This document shows positions 10,288 to 20,200 of a DNA stretch of 64,000 bases, in pieces (positions within the stretch are counted from its first letter, which is position 1; every line of letters begins with the position of its first letter). The stretch is taken from contig CBDCTJ010000007.1 of NCBI GenBank assembly GCA_965222115.1, positions 416,001 through 480,000 of the forward strand, given 5' to 3'. This DNA is from Planctomycetota bacterium (lineage in GTDB: Bacteria > Planctomycetota > PLA2 > JAEUHO01). The position numbers and the translations under genes were made by a program. The notes under the pieces were generated by a model. The model saw nothing but the letters and a program-made list of their open reading frames with translations. It searched no databases and was not told the origin of the DNA.

Positions 10288-11313
10288 CTACTTCGCAAGC
10301 CACACGACATCGGGAACGCCCGCACCGGTGAGCGAATCCGCATACGTTTCCGAGATCGAAACTGCCGGTTCAACTTGGGCGACGTGACGCTGGAAAAATG
10401 CAACGGCAAGCGCCCGCACCATGCGCTGTGTATCGCTTCCGATGTCGGTCGCGCCGCTGCCGGCAAAGTGCAAATGACCTGTGTTCTCCAGCGAGGCGAA
10501 CACCTTATTCCCCGGCGGCATGCCGTCGTAGCTCTCCTGTCGCCAAGACGCGGGCAGGCCATCACGACCATCGTCTTCGGATCCCGTGAGCAGTAATGCA
10601 GGAACAGATACGGCGGCAAAGGACGACACGTCAAAGTTGCCCGTGCTTCCCGTTCCCTGTGGCGACATCGCGACGATCGCCGCCACGCGCGTATCAACCA
10701 AGCTTGTAAGACCGCCAGGAAGTCCTGCCAGGGCACCGCCCGATACAAGCGCCGTGTAGGCACCAAAGGAGTGGCCCATCACGCCCACGTCGCGCGCATC
10801 AATCTTTCCCATCAAGGAAGCGTGTGTCGCATTCCAGCTACTCGCCTCATCAATAACAAAGCTCACGTCGGCAGGGCGATCGACATACTCCACCGTGTCG
10901 TCTGCCACCATGGCAATCGCTTGAAAGAAGTTAATGGCCGGATCTTGCGCCAGTGCATTGACCGCAGCGAGATTGCTTCCCACATGTTCCACAAGGACAA
11001 CCACAAAGCCATGGCTTGCTATGTGTAGCGCTTGCCCCTCATGCGTGTCACGTGTACCGCCCGCGCCATGGGACACAACGAGAAGTGGAAACGGCCCGCC
11101 ACGCTGCGGCGTAATCACCGTACTTGGCACCGCTCGCCCACGCGCCGCGTCCATCAGAGACGCGAACTCGATCGTCTCGGTGGTGAAGCCACCTAGAAGC
11201 GCTGGATCGGTAGGACCTGATGGCGGTGTGGTGGGTGTATCTCCGCCGCCACCGCCACAGGCAGATGTACTCAGAGCGAACAGTAGCAGTCCGAGTCCTA
11301 GGTGCGTGCGCAT
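10288..11313 (-). CDS. Alpha/beta hydrolase lipoprotein (dienelactone hydrolase/PAF-AH-like)
   Basis: Lipobox-like TSAC, PLLVVSHGAGG, nucleophile GHSFG, TGSED and GH catalytic motifs. Confidence 0.85.
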   Translation of the reverse strand: MRTHLGLGLLLFALSTSACGGGGGDTPTTPPSGPTDPALLGGFTTETIEFASLMDAARGRAVPSTVITPQRGGPFPLLVVSHGAGGTRDTHEGQALHIASHGFVVVLVEHVGSNLAAVNALAQDPAINFFQAIAMVADDTVEYVDRPADVSFVIDEASSWNATHASLMGKIDARDVGVMGHSFGAYTALVSGGALAGLPGGLTSLVDTRVAAIVAMSPQGTGSTGNFDVSSFAAVSVPALLLTGSEDDGRDGLPASWRQESYDGMPPGNKVFASLENTGHLHFAGSGATDIGSDTQRMVRALAVAFFQRHVAQVEPAVSISETYADSLTGAGVPDVVWLAK

Positions 11314-11451
11314 GCAGCCTCATACCCCGTGCAACTGGGCGAGTTTCGAAGGGAATATTGGGCGCACCCGTGTGATCTCAGTGGCGCTAATGGCGAGGGG
11401 TGTCCGCGGCACGCTGCTTGATCCATCAAATGCGTCCATTGCTCAAATGCC

Positions 11452-12393
11452 TTGAGGTTTCGCCGGAGCAAGCTCAAAATCAACGTCGTGGATTCAGCAG
11501 CCAAACTCCAGATTTCTATACTCACGATCGCGGGGGTACTCGCAGCCGCGTACCTATTGACAGTAGCGTTCTCGTTGAGTGGGGAAGAAAGCTCAACCGT
11601 CTCAAGTGCTGCCCCCAGATGGAGGGCGGAAAACGATGAAGGCTCCCCACTTTCTTTGCTTGCGTTCGTCCTACTTAACTCACGAGAATTACCGACGCCC
11701 GACGCAGTCTCTAGCGCACTTAGGTCGTCAGGTCTTCCCGCCGCATCAGTCTCGGCACTCAAAGAGAGTCATGGCTTCTCAATCAAATACAGCAAGGATA
11801 ACGAAGTCTTAGCAATGAGCATGGGTGCGCCCGTGCCAATCGATGAAATCACTGAGGCCGTTAGGCGCAACATACTGATCGTGAGAGACAAAGATCGAAT
11901 CGCTGCTCATAACAACCACATGGTGGTTACGGGAATCGGGTTGCACCACGAAAGTCGATTGATAGCACTTTGGCGATTCACGAAGATCGTCGCCGAAATC
12001 GCGCACGTCTCTGGCGCCGTGGGCGTGTATTGGGGCGCTGGCGGCGTAGCCCAACCGTCATATTTCTTTCGGTCGGTTGCACGGTCAAAGCGCGTGCCGA
12101 TTTCGCTCTGGATCGGCGTAGATGTTGCGACGAAAGGAACGGACCGCATCCGACTGCTGAGCAGGGGAATGGAGTCGCTCGACTTACCGGACTTACTCAT
12201 GACAGGTTCTGCAAAGACAAAGCCGCGAACCGTTGGTCGCTTCTTTAACACGTTGAGGTATATGGCGACGCGCCCGGAGCCCTTGAACGAGGGGGAATCG
12301 GTGGAGTATATCGAGGACGTTTTCGGACGCGTGCGCTATGTACCGTCGCCCGCTGACGAGGACGTCCGAGTCGTTCGGATCGACTTGAAGTGA
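11452..12393 (+). CDS. DUF4261-like protein
   Basis: GVYWGAGG, PISLWI and SRGMESLDLPDL motifs, with an N-terminal TM helix. Confidence 0.65.
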   Translation: MRFRRSKLKINVVDSAAKLQISILTIAGVLAAAYLLTVAFSLSGEESSTVSSAAPRWRAENDEGSPLSLLAFVLLNSRELPTPDAVSSALRSSGLPAASVSALKESHGFSIKYSKDNEVLAMSMGAPVPIDEITEAVRRNILIVRDKDRIAAHNNHMVVTGIGLHHESRLIALWRFTKIVAEIAHVSGAVGVYWGAGGVAQPSYFFRSVARSKRVPISLWIGVDVATKGTDRIRLLSRGMESLDLPDLLMTGSAKTKPRTVGRFFNTLRYMATRPEPLNEGESVEYIEDVFGRVRYVPSPADEDVRVVRIDLK

Positions 12394-12529
12394 CAGACAC
12401 ACATCGCGATAAATGGGTTGTGCCACTGACCGAGTCGCGATTCGGTTATGCCTCGTAGCGCCTCGGTGTCAGCAACAAGAGAACACGCGACGCTGGGTCT
12501 CGACGATCTCGAACGACACAACGTGCGAG

Positions 12530-12793
12530 CTACGACTTCGGACGCTGCCATCCGTCGAGTTCATCCATCTTCTTAATCGATAGATGCGCAACGATCATGG
12601 ACCCGAATCCCATAACGGCGGAGAGAATTGTCAACGCATCGTCATGGCCTGCGAATGCGGCGCTAGCCGCGATGACGCCAATGGCGAATGCAATCCAGTA
12701 CATGGCCACGGCCGAGCCGCGACCGGGAATGCCAAAGAAGGCAATCTTGACCCATCCGGGGATGGGTTTGGGCGTCGTGTTTGGGTTGCTCAT
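12530..12793 (-). CDS. Small hypothetical membrane protein
   Basis: Two TM helices and an AGGAG RBS before ATG 12793. Confidence 0.6.
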   Translation of the reverse strand: MSNPNTTPKPIPGWVKIAFFGIPGRGSAVAMYWIAFAIGVIAASAAFAGHDDALTILSAVMGFGSMIVAHLSIKKMDELDGWQRPKS

Positions 12794-12956
12794 CGGTGGT
12801 GTCTCCTTACCCACCTATACGCACTCCCATCCCACGCAGCCTCACGACGGAAGGATGAAGTAGCAAAGGGCTTGTTGTTCGACGGAAACGCCAGTTTTTA
12901 GGCATCTCAGCTAGTGCTACAGTGTCATACAGCCTCACAACGCGGAAGTAGGAGCG

Positions 12957-13232
12957 ATGAGCAAACGCAAGAACATCCGTATCTCCTTTACACCGGAGCA
13001 GGCGGACTTCCTTGCTGCGTGCGTTACGTCGGGTCGCTATCAATCCACGAGTGAAGTGGTTAGAGAGAGCATTCGGCTGCTTCAGGATCGGCAGCTGTTA
13101 CGGGATGCGAAAGTGGCGCGTGTCCGGGCACTAGTTCAAGAGGGCGCAGATGCACTTGACCGCGGCCACGTTATTGACGGCGATACGTTCTTTCGTGAGT
13201 GGGATGATGAGATAGACAGGTTGGACCACTGA
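12957..13232 (+). CDS. parD: ParD-type (CC2985-like) ribbon-helix-helix antitoxin, orphan
   Basis: ISFTPEQ...[20 protein letters not shown] signature. No intact toxin gene follows. Confidence 0.85.
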   Translation: MSKRKNIRISFTPEQADFLAACVTSGRYQSTSEVVRESIRLLQDRQLLRDAKVARVRALVQEGADALDRGHVIDGDTFFREWDDEIDRLDH

Positions 13233-13413
13233 TCTACTTTACGGCTTGCGCGACTTCCGATTCTGAATGAACTCGTACGCAAGTAGCCCGAGCCAGATAA
13301 GTAGGAGATAGAGACTTACGTCGGGCCACGTAAAGATGCTGATGCAAAGGGCACCTATCAGGAGTAAGTCTCTTATGTCTCGGGCAGTCACGACGGGCGA
13401 CAGATGCAAATAC

Positions 13414-16071
13414 CTACCGCCCCGGCTGCTGGCCTGGCTCTTCGGGCTCGAGCTTGAACTCGAGGGGTGTGTCGTTGGGGGGTGTCACCCCGCGCTTGAT
13501 GGCCGATTCGGCGCCCGTGGCACGGAAGTTCTTGTAGCCACGTGCCCACCACACAACCACGCTGTAGGCCCCTGCCGGGACATTCTCGATCTTGAAGGTG
13601 CCGTCCTTTTCGGACTGCGCAAAATTGGTTGGCGTGACGGTGTCCTCGTCCTCTTGGTTGGCACTGTCTTGCTCGTTCTCTTGGCCCGGATTTTCAGACG
13701 TTGAAATGCCGACCCAGGCGCCTTCAACAGGCTTGTCGTCTGTATCGAGCACGCGCCCTTTGATGATGGACCCGCGCTTCATCGTGATCATGTAGTTATC
13801 AACCTCTTGGTTGTTCTGCATGCGGATGTCGCGCTTGTACCAGGTGACGTAGTCGTCCTTGGTGGCTTCAACGATAATGCGGCCAGGCTTGAGGCCACTG
13901 AACTCATAGCGGCCTTCGGAATCCGAAACGTATGCTTCGCCACGAAACACGCCGCGCAATTCCCAGGCATTGAGCTTGGGCTTTTTCGCAAGTTCGTCGC
14001 TGAGGGTCGCCACGCGTACGCGCGCGCCTGTGAGCAACTGTCCATTTTCGTCCTGCACGCGACCCTTTAGCGAGCCGCCCTTTAGCATCTCGATCTTCAC
14101 CTTCTTCACGGCGCCGGTATCAACGCTAAAGGGCTTGCTCTCGCTCTCCACATAGCCGTCGCCGGTGGCAGCCGCGACCCACTTCGCACCGGGCGCTACA
14201 CCAGTAAGCGTGAACCGTCCCTTGGCATCGGTGATCGTGGCGCCACGCCTGGCGTCTCGAATTCGGCGCGCCGAACGACTACGGCGGGCGCCACCGCTCC
14301 AACCACGACCTTCATCGCGCTTCTGCTTGAGACGGACGCGTACGCCATCCACCGGGGTGCCATCGGGCGCAGCCACCACGCCCGTAACACTGCCCGATAC
14401 AGACATCGTCACATCGTGCGAGACCTCACCCCCTTCAACCTTTACGGGTTCCGTGCCGCCCGTTTGTGCAAATCCTGGGTACACCGCAACCACTTGCACG
14501 TCGCCATTGGCGACACCTTCAAGAACGTATTCACCGTTGGCATCGGACACCGCGGTCGCGCCTCCGATAAACATCGACACGCGGCTCACGGCGGAAACCT
14601 CAACACCTTGTAGTGGTACGCCATCTTTGGCGTTCGTGATACGGCCACGAATCGATCCGCCTCTCTTGAGGACGGCGTCGACCTCAGCCGTTTCACCCGC
14701 TTTGATGTCGGAAATCTGATTGCCGGTCCACTGAGATCGCGAATCGGTGATATAGCCTTGAGCCTTAAATCCGGCCGACATGACAGGACCCGCGAGCAAG
14801 TTTACAAGTTCGTATTCACCCTTGGCGTTGGTAAGGGCATAGGCGCTGCTGTTGGTGCCGCGTCCCATGCGGCCCACGAACAAGGCCACTTCTGCACCCT
14901 CAATGGGCTCGCCTGTCGTATCGTCGGTGACGACACCCTTTAGGGTGCCTCCAAGTTGCAGCTCAAAATCGCGACGCAACTTGCGTTCGATGGCCACGGA
15001 CTGCGCAGAGAAGATGGGGGCGTACCCGTCTGCCTTGACGCCAAACGTGTATTTCGCGCCAAGTGCCAACGTCTCGAGCGAATACTCCCCGTTACTGTCG
15101 GTGCGCGCCATTTCGAACTCAAGGTTGCCCGACATCATGTTGCGCCACCCGCGGTCGTACGTCGCAATGACCTCGGCACCCGCAATAGGCTTGTTTTCGT
15201 GATCGGTAACTCTGCCAAAGGCAGTCCCCGCCGTACCTAGCACCAGCTTCAATGTGCCGGTACCGCGTTCACGATCAATCACAATGTCGTTCTCGTGATC
15301 ACTAGCAAGTCCGCGCTTGCGACCGACGACGGTGTAGGACCCATCTTCAAGGCGCGTAAGGGCGAAGTACCCCTGCTCGTCGGATTGGGTCGCGTCGGCG
15401 GCAGCAAAGTCGGCTTGGCCAAGGCGCGCGCGCTCAAACAAGATGCCGTCGCGGCCGGTCGTACGCGTGGGAGGAAACGCTTGTACGGCTGCATCGGCCA
15501 CGGGGCGCCCACGTTCATCAACCACGCGCCCACGCAACACGATTTCTTGGCCAAGGGGCACATCGCCGAGATCGGTGGTTTGTCGCGCACGCACCCGAAT
15601 GTCGGTCAGCGTGAGCACGGGGCCATCACCGGGAGCGATCACAACGCGATACATGCTTCCGGGGCGCACACTCTTGAGCAACACCACGCCTTGCGAATCG
15701 GAATCTTGTGCGCCAAGTTCTTCATTGATGCGACTCATCACCTTAACGCTTTGGCCCACGACCGGCGTCTTGTTGCCCGCCTGCACGAGGCGCAGTCGTA
15801 TCGCACCTTCATCGCCCTTGCCATAGAGTCCGGCGAGCGTCGTCGAATTCTCTTTCTCGTCGGGCGTCAGTGACTCGTTACCCGCCGTGCCATCGAGCAT
15901 GTCATTGTCGGTATCGCCCTGGGACACGTCGACGTCGTCGATGGCTGTGCCGCCATCAAAGACGCCACCGAAGTAAAGGCCCGCAATGACAGCGAGTGCG
16001 ACAAGGATCAACAGAATCGGGAACGCACTGGCGCCACGATTTTGCAAAGAGGGAGATTGGGAACCACGCAT
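13414..16071 (-). CDS. Carboxypeptidase-regulatory-like repeat protein, membrane anchored
   Basis: TM helix then repeated GRVxDxxGxPxxGA...DxxGxY/F units. GGAGG RBS before ATG 16071. Confidence 0.85.
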   Translation of the reverse strand: MRGSQSPSLQNRGASAFPILLILVALAVIAGLYFGGVFDGGTAIDDVDVSQGDTDNDMLDGTAGNESLTPDEKENSTTLAGLYGKGDEGAIRLRLVQAGNKTPVVGQSVKVMSRINEELGAQDSDSQGVVLLKSVRPGSMYRVVIAPGDGPVLTLTDIRVRARQTTDLGDVPLGQEIVLRGRVVDERGRPVADAAVQAFPPTRTTGRDGILFERARLGQADFAAADATQSDEQGYFALTRLEDGSYTVVGRKRGLASDHENDIVIDRERGTGTLKLVLGTAGTAFGRVTDHENKPIAGAEVIATYDRGWRNMMSGNLEFEMARTDSNGEYSLETLALGAKYTFGVKADGYAPIFSAQSVAIERKLRRDFELQLGGTLKGVVTDDTTGEPIEGAEVALFVGRMGRGTNSSAYALTNAKGEYELVNLLAGPVMSAGFKAQGYITDSRSQWTGNQISDIKAGETAEVDAVLKRGGSIRGRITNAKDGVPLQGVEVSAVSRVSMFIGGATAVSDANGEYVLEGVANGDVQVVAVYPGFAQTGGTEPVKVEGGEVSHDVTMSVSGSVTGVVAAPDGTPVDGVRVRLKQKRDEGRGWSGGARRSRSARRIRDARRGATITDAKGRFTLTGVAPGAKWVAAATGDGYVESESKPFSVDTGAVKKVKIEMLKGGSLKGRVQDENGQLLTGARVRVATLSDELAKKPKLNAWELRGVFRGEAYVSDSEGRYEFSGLKPGRIIVEATKDDYVTWYKRDIRMQNNQEVDNYMITMKRGSIIKGRVLDTDDKPVEGAWVGISTSENPGQENEQDSANQEDEDTVTPTNFAQSEKDGTFKIENVPAGAYSVVVWWARGYKNFRATGAESAIKRGVTPPNDTPLEFKLEPEEPGQQPGR

Positions 16072-16191
16072 GCGGACCTCCAGGGCGCAGAACGTGAGAT
16101 GCGCCGAGGGGGTCAATGTATCCGCCGCTCGAAGGCGACGTGACCAAAGTGCCAAAGAAGAACACTCCTGAGATGAACGCGGGACGGGACC

Positions 16192-17211
16192 TCAGGCCCA
16201 ACGGCGAAGAAGCAACACCACGAGTACGGGAGCGCCCAGCGCCGCCGTGACAATCCCGACCGGCAACTCGGTTGGCGCGTTGACCGTTCGCGCCACAGCG
16301 TCGGCGGCCACCAGAAGGGCAGCACCGATCAGCACGCTCCCCGGAATCAGCGCACGGTGACGCGGGCCCACCAGACGACGGCCGATATGCGGCACCACGA
16401 GCCCAACGAATCCGATCAATCCGCAGCGTGAAACTGCCGCAGCGGCCAGTACACAGGCCATACCGCCGAAACCATAGAGGGCGCGCGTCACCGAAACACC
16501 GCCTATCCAAGCGGCCTCGTCACCCAGGGTGAGCACATCGAGAGTCTTCGACCTAGCCGTGGCGAGCAGGACCACAGGCAAAAGCACGACGGCCATGAAC
16601 AACACATCGCCAAGACTCGATAGTGAGAGGTCGCCGAGCAGCCATAGCACCACGCGTTGCCAATCGTGAACCGCGCTATGCAGAAATCCCGTCGCCAATG
16701 CATGGACGAAAGCGCCTACGGCCACGCCGGCCAACAACACGGATACGGTGGGCGATCGAGTTGCGCGCCGCGCAAATGAGAAGATTAAAAACGCAACGGC
16801 GATCGCACCGACAAACGCCGCCCCCGTGCGAAGGGTCTCGGCATCAAAGCTTGAAACGCCTTTGGACGCCAGCCACGCAGCAAAGGTCACGCCCAACAAG
16901 GCGCCAGGACCAATTCCAAGCAAGTAGGGCTCGGCCAAGTCGTTCCGGAGCAGCGCCTGAAACAGCACGCCCGAAACACTGAGCGCGGCACCGACCAACG
17001 CAGCGAGCAACACACGCGGTACGCGAGAGGTGTGCACCACATAGGCGCCGTCGCTGGCGTCATTCCCGAGCAACCCTTGCCACACGTCGCTCAAGGAAAC
17101 CCGTACCGTGCCCAGCATGAGGCCAAGCGCGAGTGTGCCTGCGCACAGCGCCACCAGCAAGAGCCAAACGGCACGACGCGCTGGCACCACTCGTTGCTCG
17201 GGCAACGTCAC
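16192..17211 (-). CDS. btuC: FecCD/BtuC-family ABC permease
   Basis: RVPRVLLAALVGAALSVSG, RNDLAEPYLLG, GLIGFVGLVVPH, ELPVG motifs. Confidence 0.9.
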   Translation of the reverse strand: MTLPEQRVVPARRAVWLLLVALCAGTLALGLMLGTVRVSLSDVWQGLLGNDASDGAYVVHTSRVPRVLLAALVGAALSVSGVLFQALLRNDLAEPYLLGIGPGALLGVTFAAWLASKGVSSFDAETLRTGAAFVGAIAVAFLIFSFARRATRSPTVSVLLAGVAVGAFVHALATGFLHSAVHDWQRVVLWLLGDLSLSSLGDVLFMAVVLLPVVLLATARSKTLDVLTLGDEAAWIGGVSVTRALYGFGGMACVLAAAAVSRCGLIGFVGLVVPHIGRRLVGPRHRALIPGSVLIGAALLVAADAVARTVNAPTELPVGIVTAALGAPVLVVLLLRRWA

Positions 17212-18200
17212 TTGGGCTCTCGCTCTCGTGCATTCGCTACGTCCATCACACGTTCTGCCAGCGATGTGAGTGCGTCCAGCGTGCGCGGTCCACCGCGTGC
17301 GTACGCATCGCCCGAAATATCAATGATGGCGTCATGTTTGATCGCAGGCACACGCGACCAGCGCTTTTGAAGCTTCGGCGGCATGGGCATCTGCGAGGCA
17401 AGAATGACCCGGGGCCCACGAGCGAGCACAAGCTCCTCTGAAAACGTGCCGGACGCCGTGGCCGTGGCATCGCACGCAATGTTCACACCGCCAACCATAT
17501 GCATCATGTCGTCAATCAATGAACCAGGATGCAACACATACAGCGGTTCCCATTGACCCACGGCCATCATGCGCACGGGCACTGATGCCACACGCGCGCG
17601 CAGCTCATGCTCAAGCCGCTTCCGACGTGTTCGCCATGCCTGCGCCAGTTCCACAGCTTCCGGCGTATCAAGAACCGTGGCTAGCAACATCATCGAGCTG
17701 TCCAAGTCGCCCAGCGTGCGGCTGGTGCGGAGCGGTAGTACCTCCATGCGACTCTCGCTAGCGAGCGTTTCGAGCGCGCCCATATCCGCGCGATGCAGCG
17801 CGGCGTCCACCAGAATGAGATCCGGTCGAAGTGCGCGCAGCTGTTCTGTCGAAAGCGGATTGACGGAAATCTTCGGGAGCGACGTCACGTCGTGCGGCGT
17901 GTCGCAATACATGGTCACGGCGACCAATCGGTCACGACATCCGAGGAAGTCAACCATCTCCGTAATGCCCGGCAGCGCACTCACAATGCGCTTGGGGTTA
18001 CGGCGAATAGAACGCTTGGCACCATCGTCGTTAATTCCGATTGTTTGGGACTGTGTCGAGCGCACCCACGACATCGGCAAGGGTTTCGTCACAGGTTCCA
18101 AGCGGCCTAAACATGACGGCACGTCTCGATCGCCACATCCCCCACCGAGCAACGCCAAGACAACAAGCAGCCAAGTGATAACGTGCGCACGCCGCGTCAT
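17208..18200 (-). CDS. btuF: BtuF-like periplasmic binding lipoprotein (cobalamin/siderophore)
   Basis: PKRIVSALPGITEM, VTMYCDTP and GPR motifs, lipobox GGGC, ATGA overlaps with both neighbours. Confidence 0.8.
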   Translation of the reverse strand: MTRRAHVITWLLVVLALLGGGCGDRDVPSCLGRLEPVTKPLPMSWVRSTQSQTIGINDDGAKRSIRRNPKRIVSALPGITEMVDFLGCRDRLVAVTMYCDTPHDVTSLPKISVNPLSTEQLRALRPDLILVDAALHRADMGALETLASESRMEVLPLRTSRTLGDLDSSMMLLATVLDTPEAVELAQAWRTRRKRLEHELRARVASVPVRMMAVGQWEPLYVLHPGSLIDDMMHMVGGVNIACDATATASGTFSEELVLARGPRVILASQMPMPPKLQKRWSRVPAIKHDAIIDISGDAYARGGPRTLDALTSLAERVMDVANAREREPK

Positions 18201-18988
18201 GGAGACGACTCCGATGAATGACGCGGCGGTACGGAAGGAATCACCCACGTACGCCCATCGCGCCCGGACTGTGCCGTCGCCAACGATACGTCAAATACCG
18301 TTTCCAATCGCGATGGCATGAGTACGTCTTCGGGCGGGCCCATGGCGACAACACGGCCGTAATGCATAAGCAACACAACATCTGCTAATGCTGCGGCGAG
18401 ATTGATGTCGTGAAACACGGCCACCACGGCACCGCCGCGTTCACGCATGTCATCACGAATCACCGCCGCCATGCGGGCACCCTGCCCCACATCCAAATGC
18501 GAGGTGGGTTCATCCAGAAGATAGACCATGGGTGACTGTGCCAGCGCGCGCGCAATGCTCACCCGTTGGCGTTCCCCCGCGCTCAAGGTTGTCACCGAGC
18601 GCTCGGCCAGGGCATCTAAGTTGGCGCGCTTTAGCATGTCGCTGATGTATGTAGCGGTGTCGCAGGCACCACGCCACGGATAGCGCCCAAGGGCTACGCT
18701 CTCGCGTACCGAATAGGGAAACACGGCGTGGTCCGTGCCGAGCATACCGCCCACCGCTTTGGCACGCGCCAACGATTGCATGCGCCACACATCGTGCCCG
18801 TCAACTGTGACGCGACCGCTCGTCGGGCGGCGCCATCCACACGCCAAGCGAAGTAAACTCGACTTGCCCGAGCCGTTGGGCCCCACGACGGCATAAAATG
18901 TCGAAGGCTTGACGTCGAACGTAACGTCGTCCACGGCGAGGTGCGCGCCGTAGTGAAGCGATACGTGTTCCAGGGAAAGCAGCGACAC
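18197..18988 (-). CDS. ABC ATPase, FecE/BtuD family
   Basis: GPNGSGKS, LSAGERQR, LLDEPT, HD. Confidence 0.92.
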   Translation of the reverse strand: MSLLSLEHVSLHYGAHLAVDDVTFDVKPSTFYAVVGPNGSGKSSLLRLACGWRRPTSGRVTVDGHDVWRMQSLARAKAVGGMLGTDHAVFPYSVRESVALGRYPWRGACDTATYISDMLKRANLDALAERSVTTLSAGERQRVSIARALAQSPMVYLLDEPTSHLDVGQGARMAAVIRDDMRERGGAVVAVFHDINLAAALADVVLLMHYGRVVAMGPPEDVLMPSRLETVFDVSLATAQSGRDGRTWVIPSVPPRHSSESSP

Positions 18989-19046
18989 AGACGTCTACGG
19001 ACCTCATGGGTTAAAAATCGAACCTGCGAAGCGTACTCGTAGCGAA

Positions 19047-19694
19047 TCAGACGATCCACCGCAATACGAGTGTGCCCAGCACTGTGAGGCCAAACGCATA
19101 GGCCAGCGGACGCCATCCCCATCCCCCGGGGCGAAACCGTCCATCAAGCCCGAAGTAGTGACCCGCGTGGAGTAGCGCGAGGTTTGCAAGCATGACCGTC
19201 AGCAGCCAGTTCGATCCATCACCCGAGAGGGAGAAGATATACATCGCTTTGGCGAGACCAAAGGCAACCATCAGCAACGCGCCAAGTGTAGCCATGACGC
19301 GTGTCCACAAGCCCAGTACGAGCGTGAGCCCCAGCAACGTTTCAAACACCAGAATGCTCACCGCAAACCACCAACGCAAGGAATCGTGCAACATGACGTG
19401 CTCAAGAAACGACGCGTACCCGTCCATGCGCCATCCAAAGATCGATGCCGGGTGCTCAACGCAACGCTGAACGAGCTCCGTGTACTCCTTCGTAACAAAG
19501 TGTTCTACGGCCGCGGCAAACGGCATGTCCTTGGCCAGAAGTTTGTATTCAATCGCATCCAAGAACACGAGCCCGGTGTAGACCCGCGTCACAAACACAC
19601 CGAATCGGGCTGCGCGGTGAGTGACGGGTGCTTCGAGGTCGCCTTGTTTGCTACGACGCCGTTTCTTGCGACGCTTTTTCTTTGCTCGCGCCAC
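19047..19694 (-). CDS. DoxX-family membrane protein
   Basis: ETLLGLTLVLGLWTR and AGHYFGLD motifs, polybasic N-terminus. Confidence 0.75.
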   Translation of the reverse strand: MARAKKKRRKKRRRSKQGDLEAPVTHRAARFGVFVTRVYTGLVFLDAIEYKLLAKDMPFAAAVEHFVTKEYTELVQRCVEHPASIFGWRMDGYASFLEHVMLHDSLRWWFAVSILVFETLLGLTLVLGLWTRVMATLGALLMVAFGLAKAMYIFSLSGDGSNWLLTVMLANLALLHAGHYFGLDGRFRPGGWGWRPLAYAFGLTVLGTLVLRWIV

Positions 19695-20125
19695 TATCCG
19701 CCGTCTCGTTCGTCACCGGTAGACTGGGGCTCAGCTTCGATGCGTCGTTGCTCATCAATTGGGGGGCGAACGTGAGGTCCCTCGTAGCGCTTGTGCGTCA
19801 AAATGCCGCGCTCATCAAAGAAGAGGGAAAGCGACTGCGAATCGCCGCGAGGATCCTCAACGAGATAGTCCATGCGCTCAATCGTGCCGCCCGCACGCCG
19901 CGCCACATCCCGCGCATAGGGGTATTCTTCTAAAATCCACGTACTGGCTACGCCCGGATTGAGGGATTGCATGGCGGCATACGACATGCGATCTTGGCCT
20001 GGCGTTGCGAATGTTCCACACGCAACAAGGCTGAGAGCCAACAAGGCCACTACGACGCGTCGGCACGCATGGTTGACATGATGGGCTGCTCCGCATGGGC
20101 TTGGAAGGGTGTCCGCGATGTGCAT
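19694..20125 (-). CDS. Hypothetical lipoprotein
   Basis: Lipobox LVAC. The stop overlaps the DoxX start. Confidence 0.65.
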   Translation of the reverse strand: MHIADTLPSPCGAAHHVNHACRRVVVALLALSLVACGTFATPGQDRMSYAAMQSLNPGVASTWILEEYPYARDVARRAGGTIERMDYLVEDPRGDSQSLSLFFDERGILTHKRYEGPHVRPPIDEQRRIEAEPQSTGDERDGG

Positions 20126-20200
20126 CGCTCGATTCTACCGGCGCAACGCGGCATCCAAGGAACTTGAAGTGTTGCGGGATCGCGCGAGTACCATTCGCCC

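Noticed and set aside
18989-20200. Cobalamin riboswitch upstream of the btu-like genes
   Set aside because: Intergenic gaps are too short and I saw no B12-box motif.
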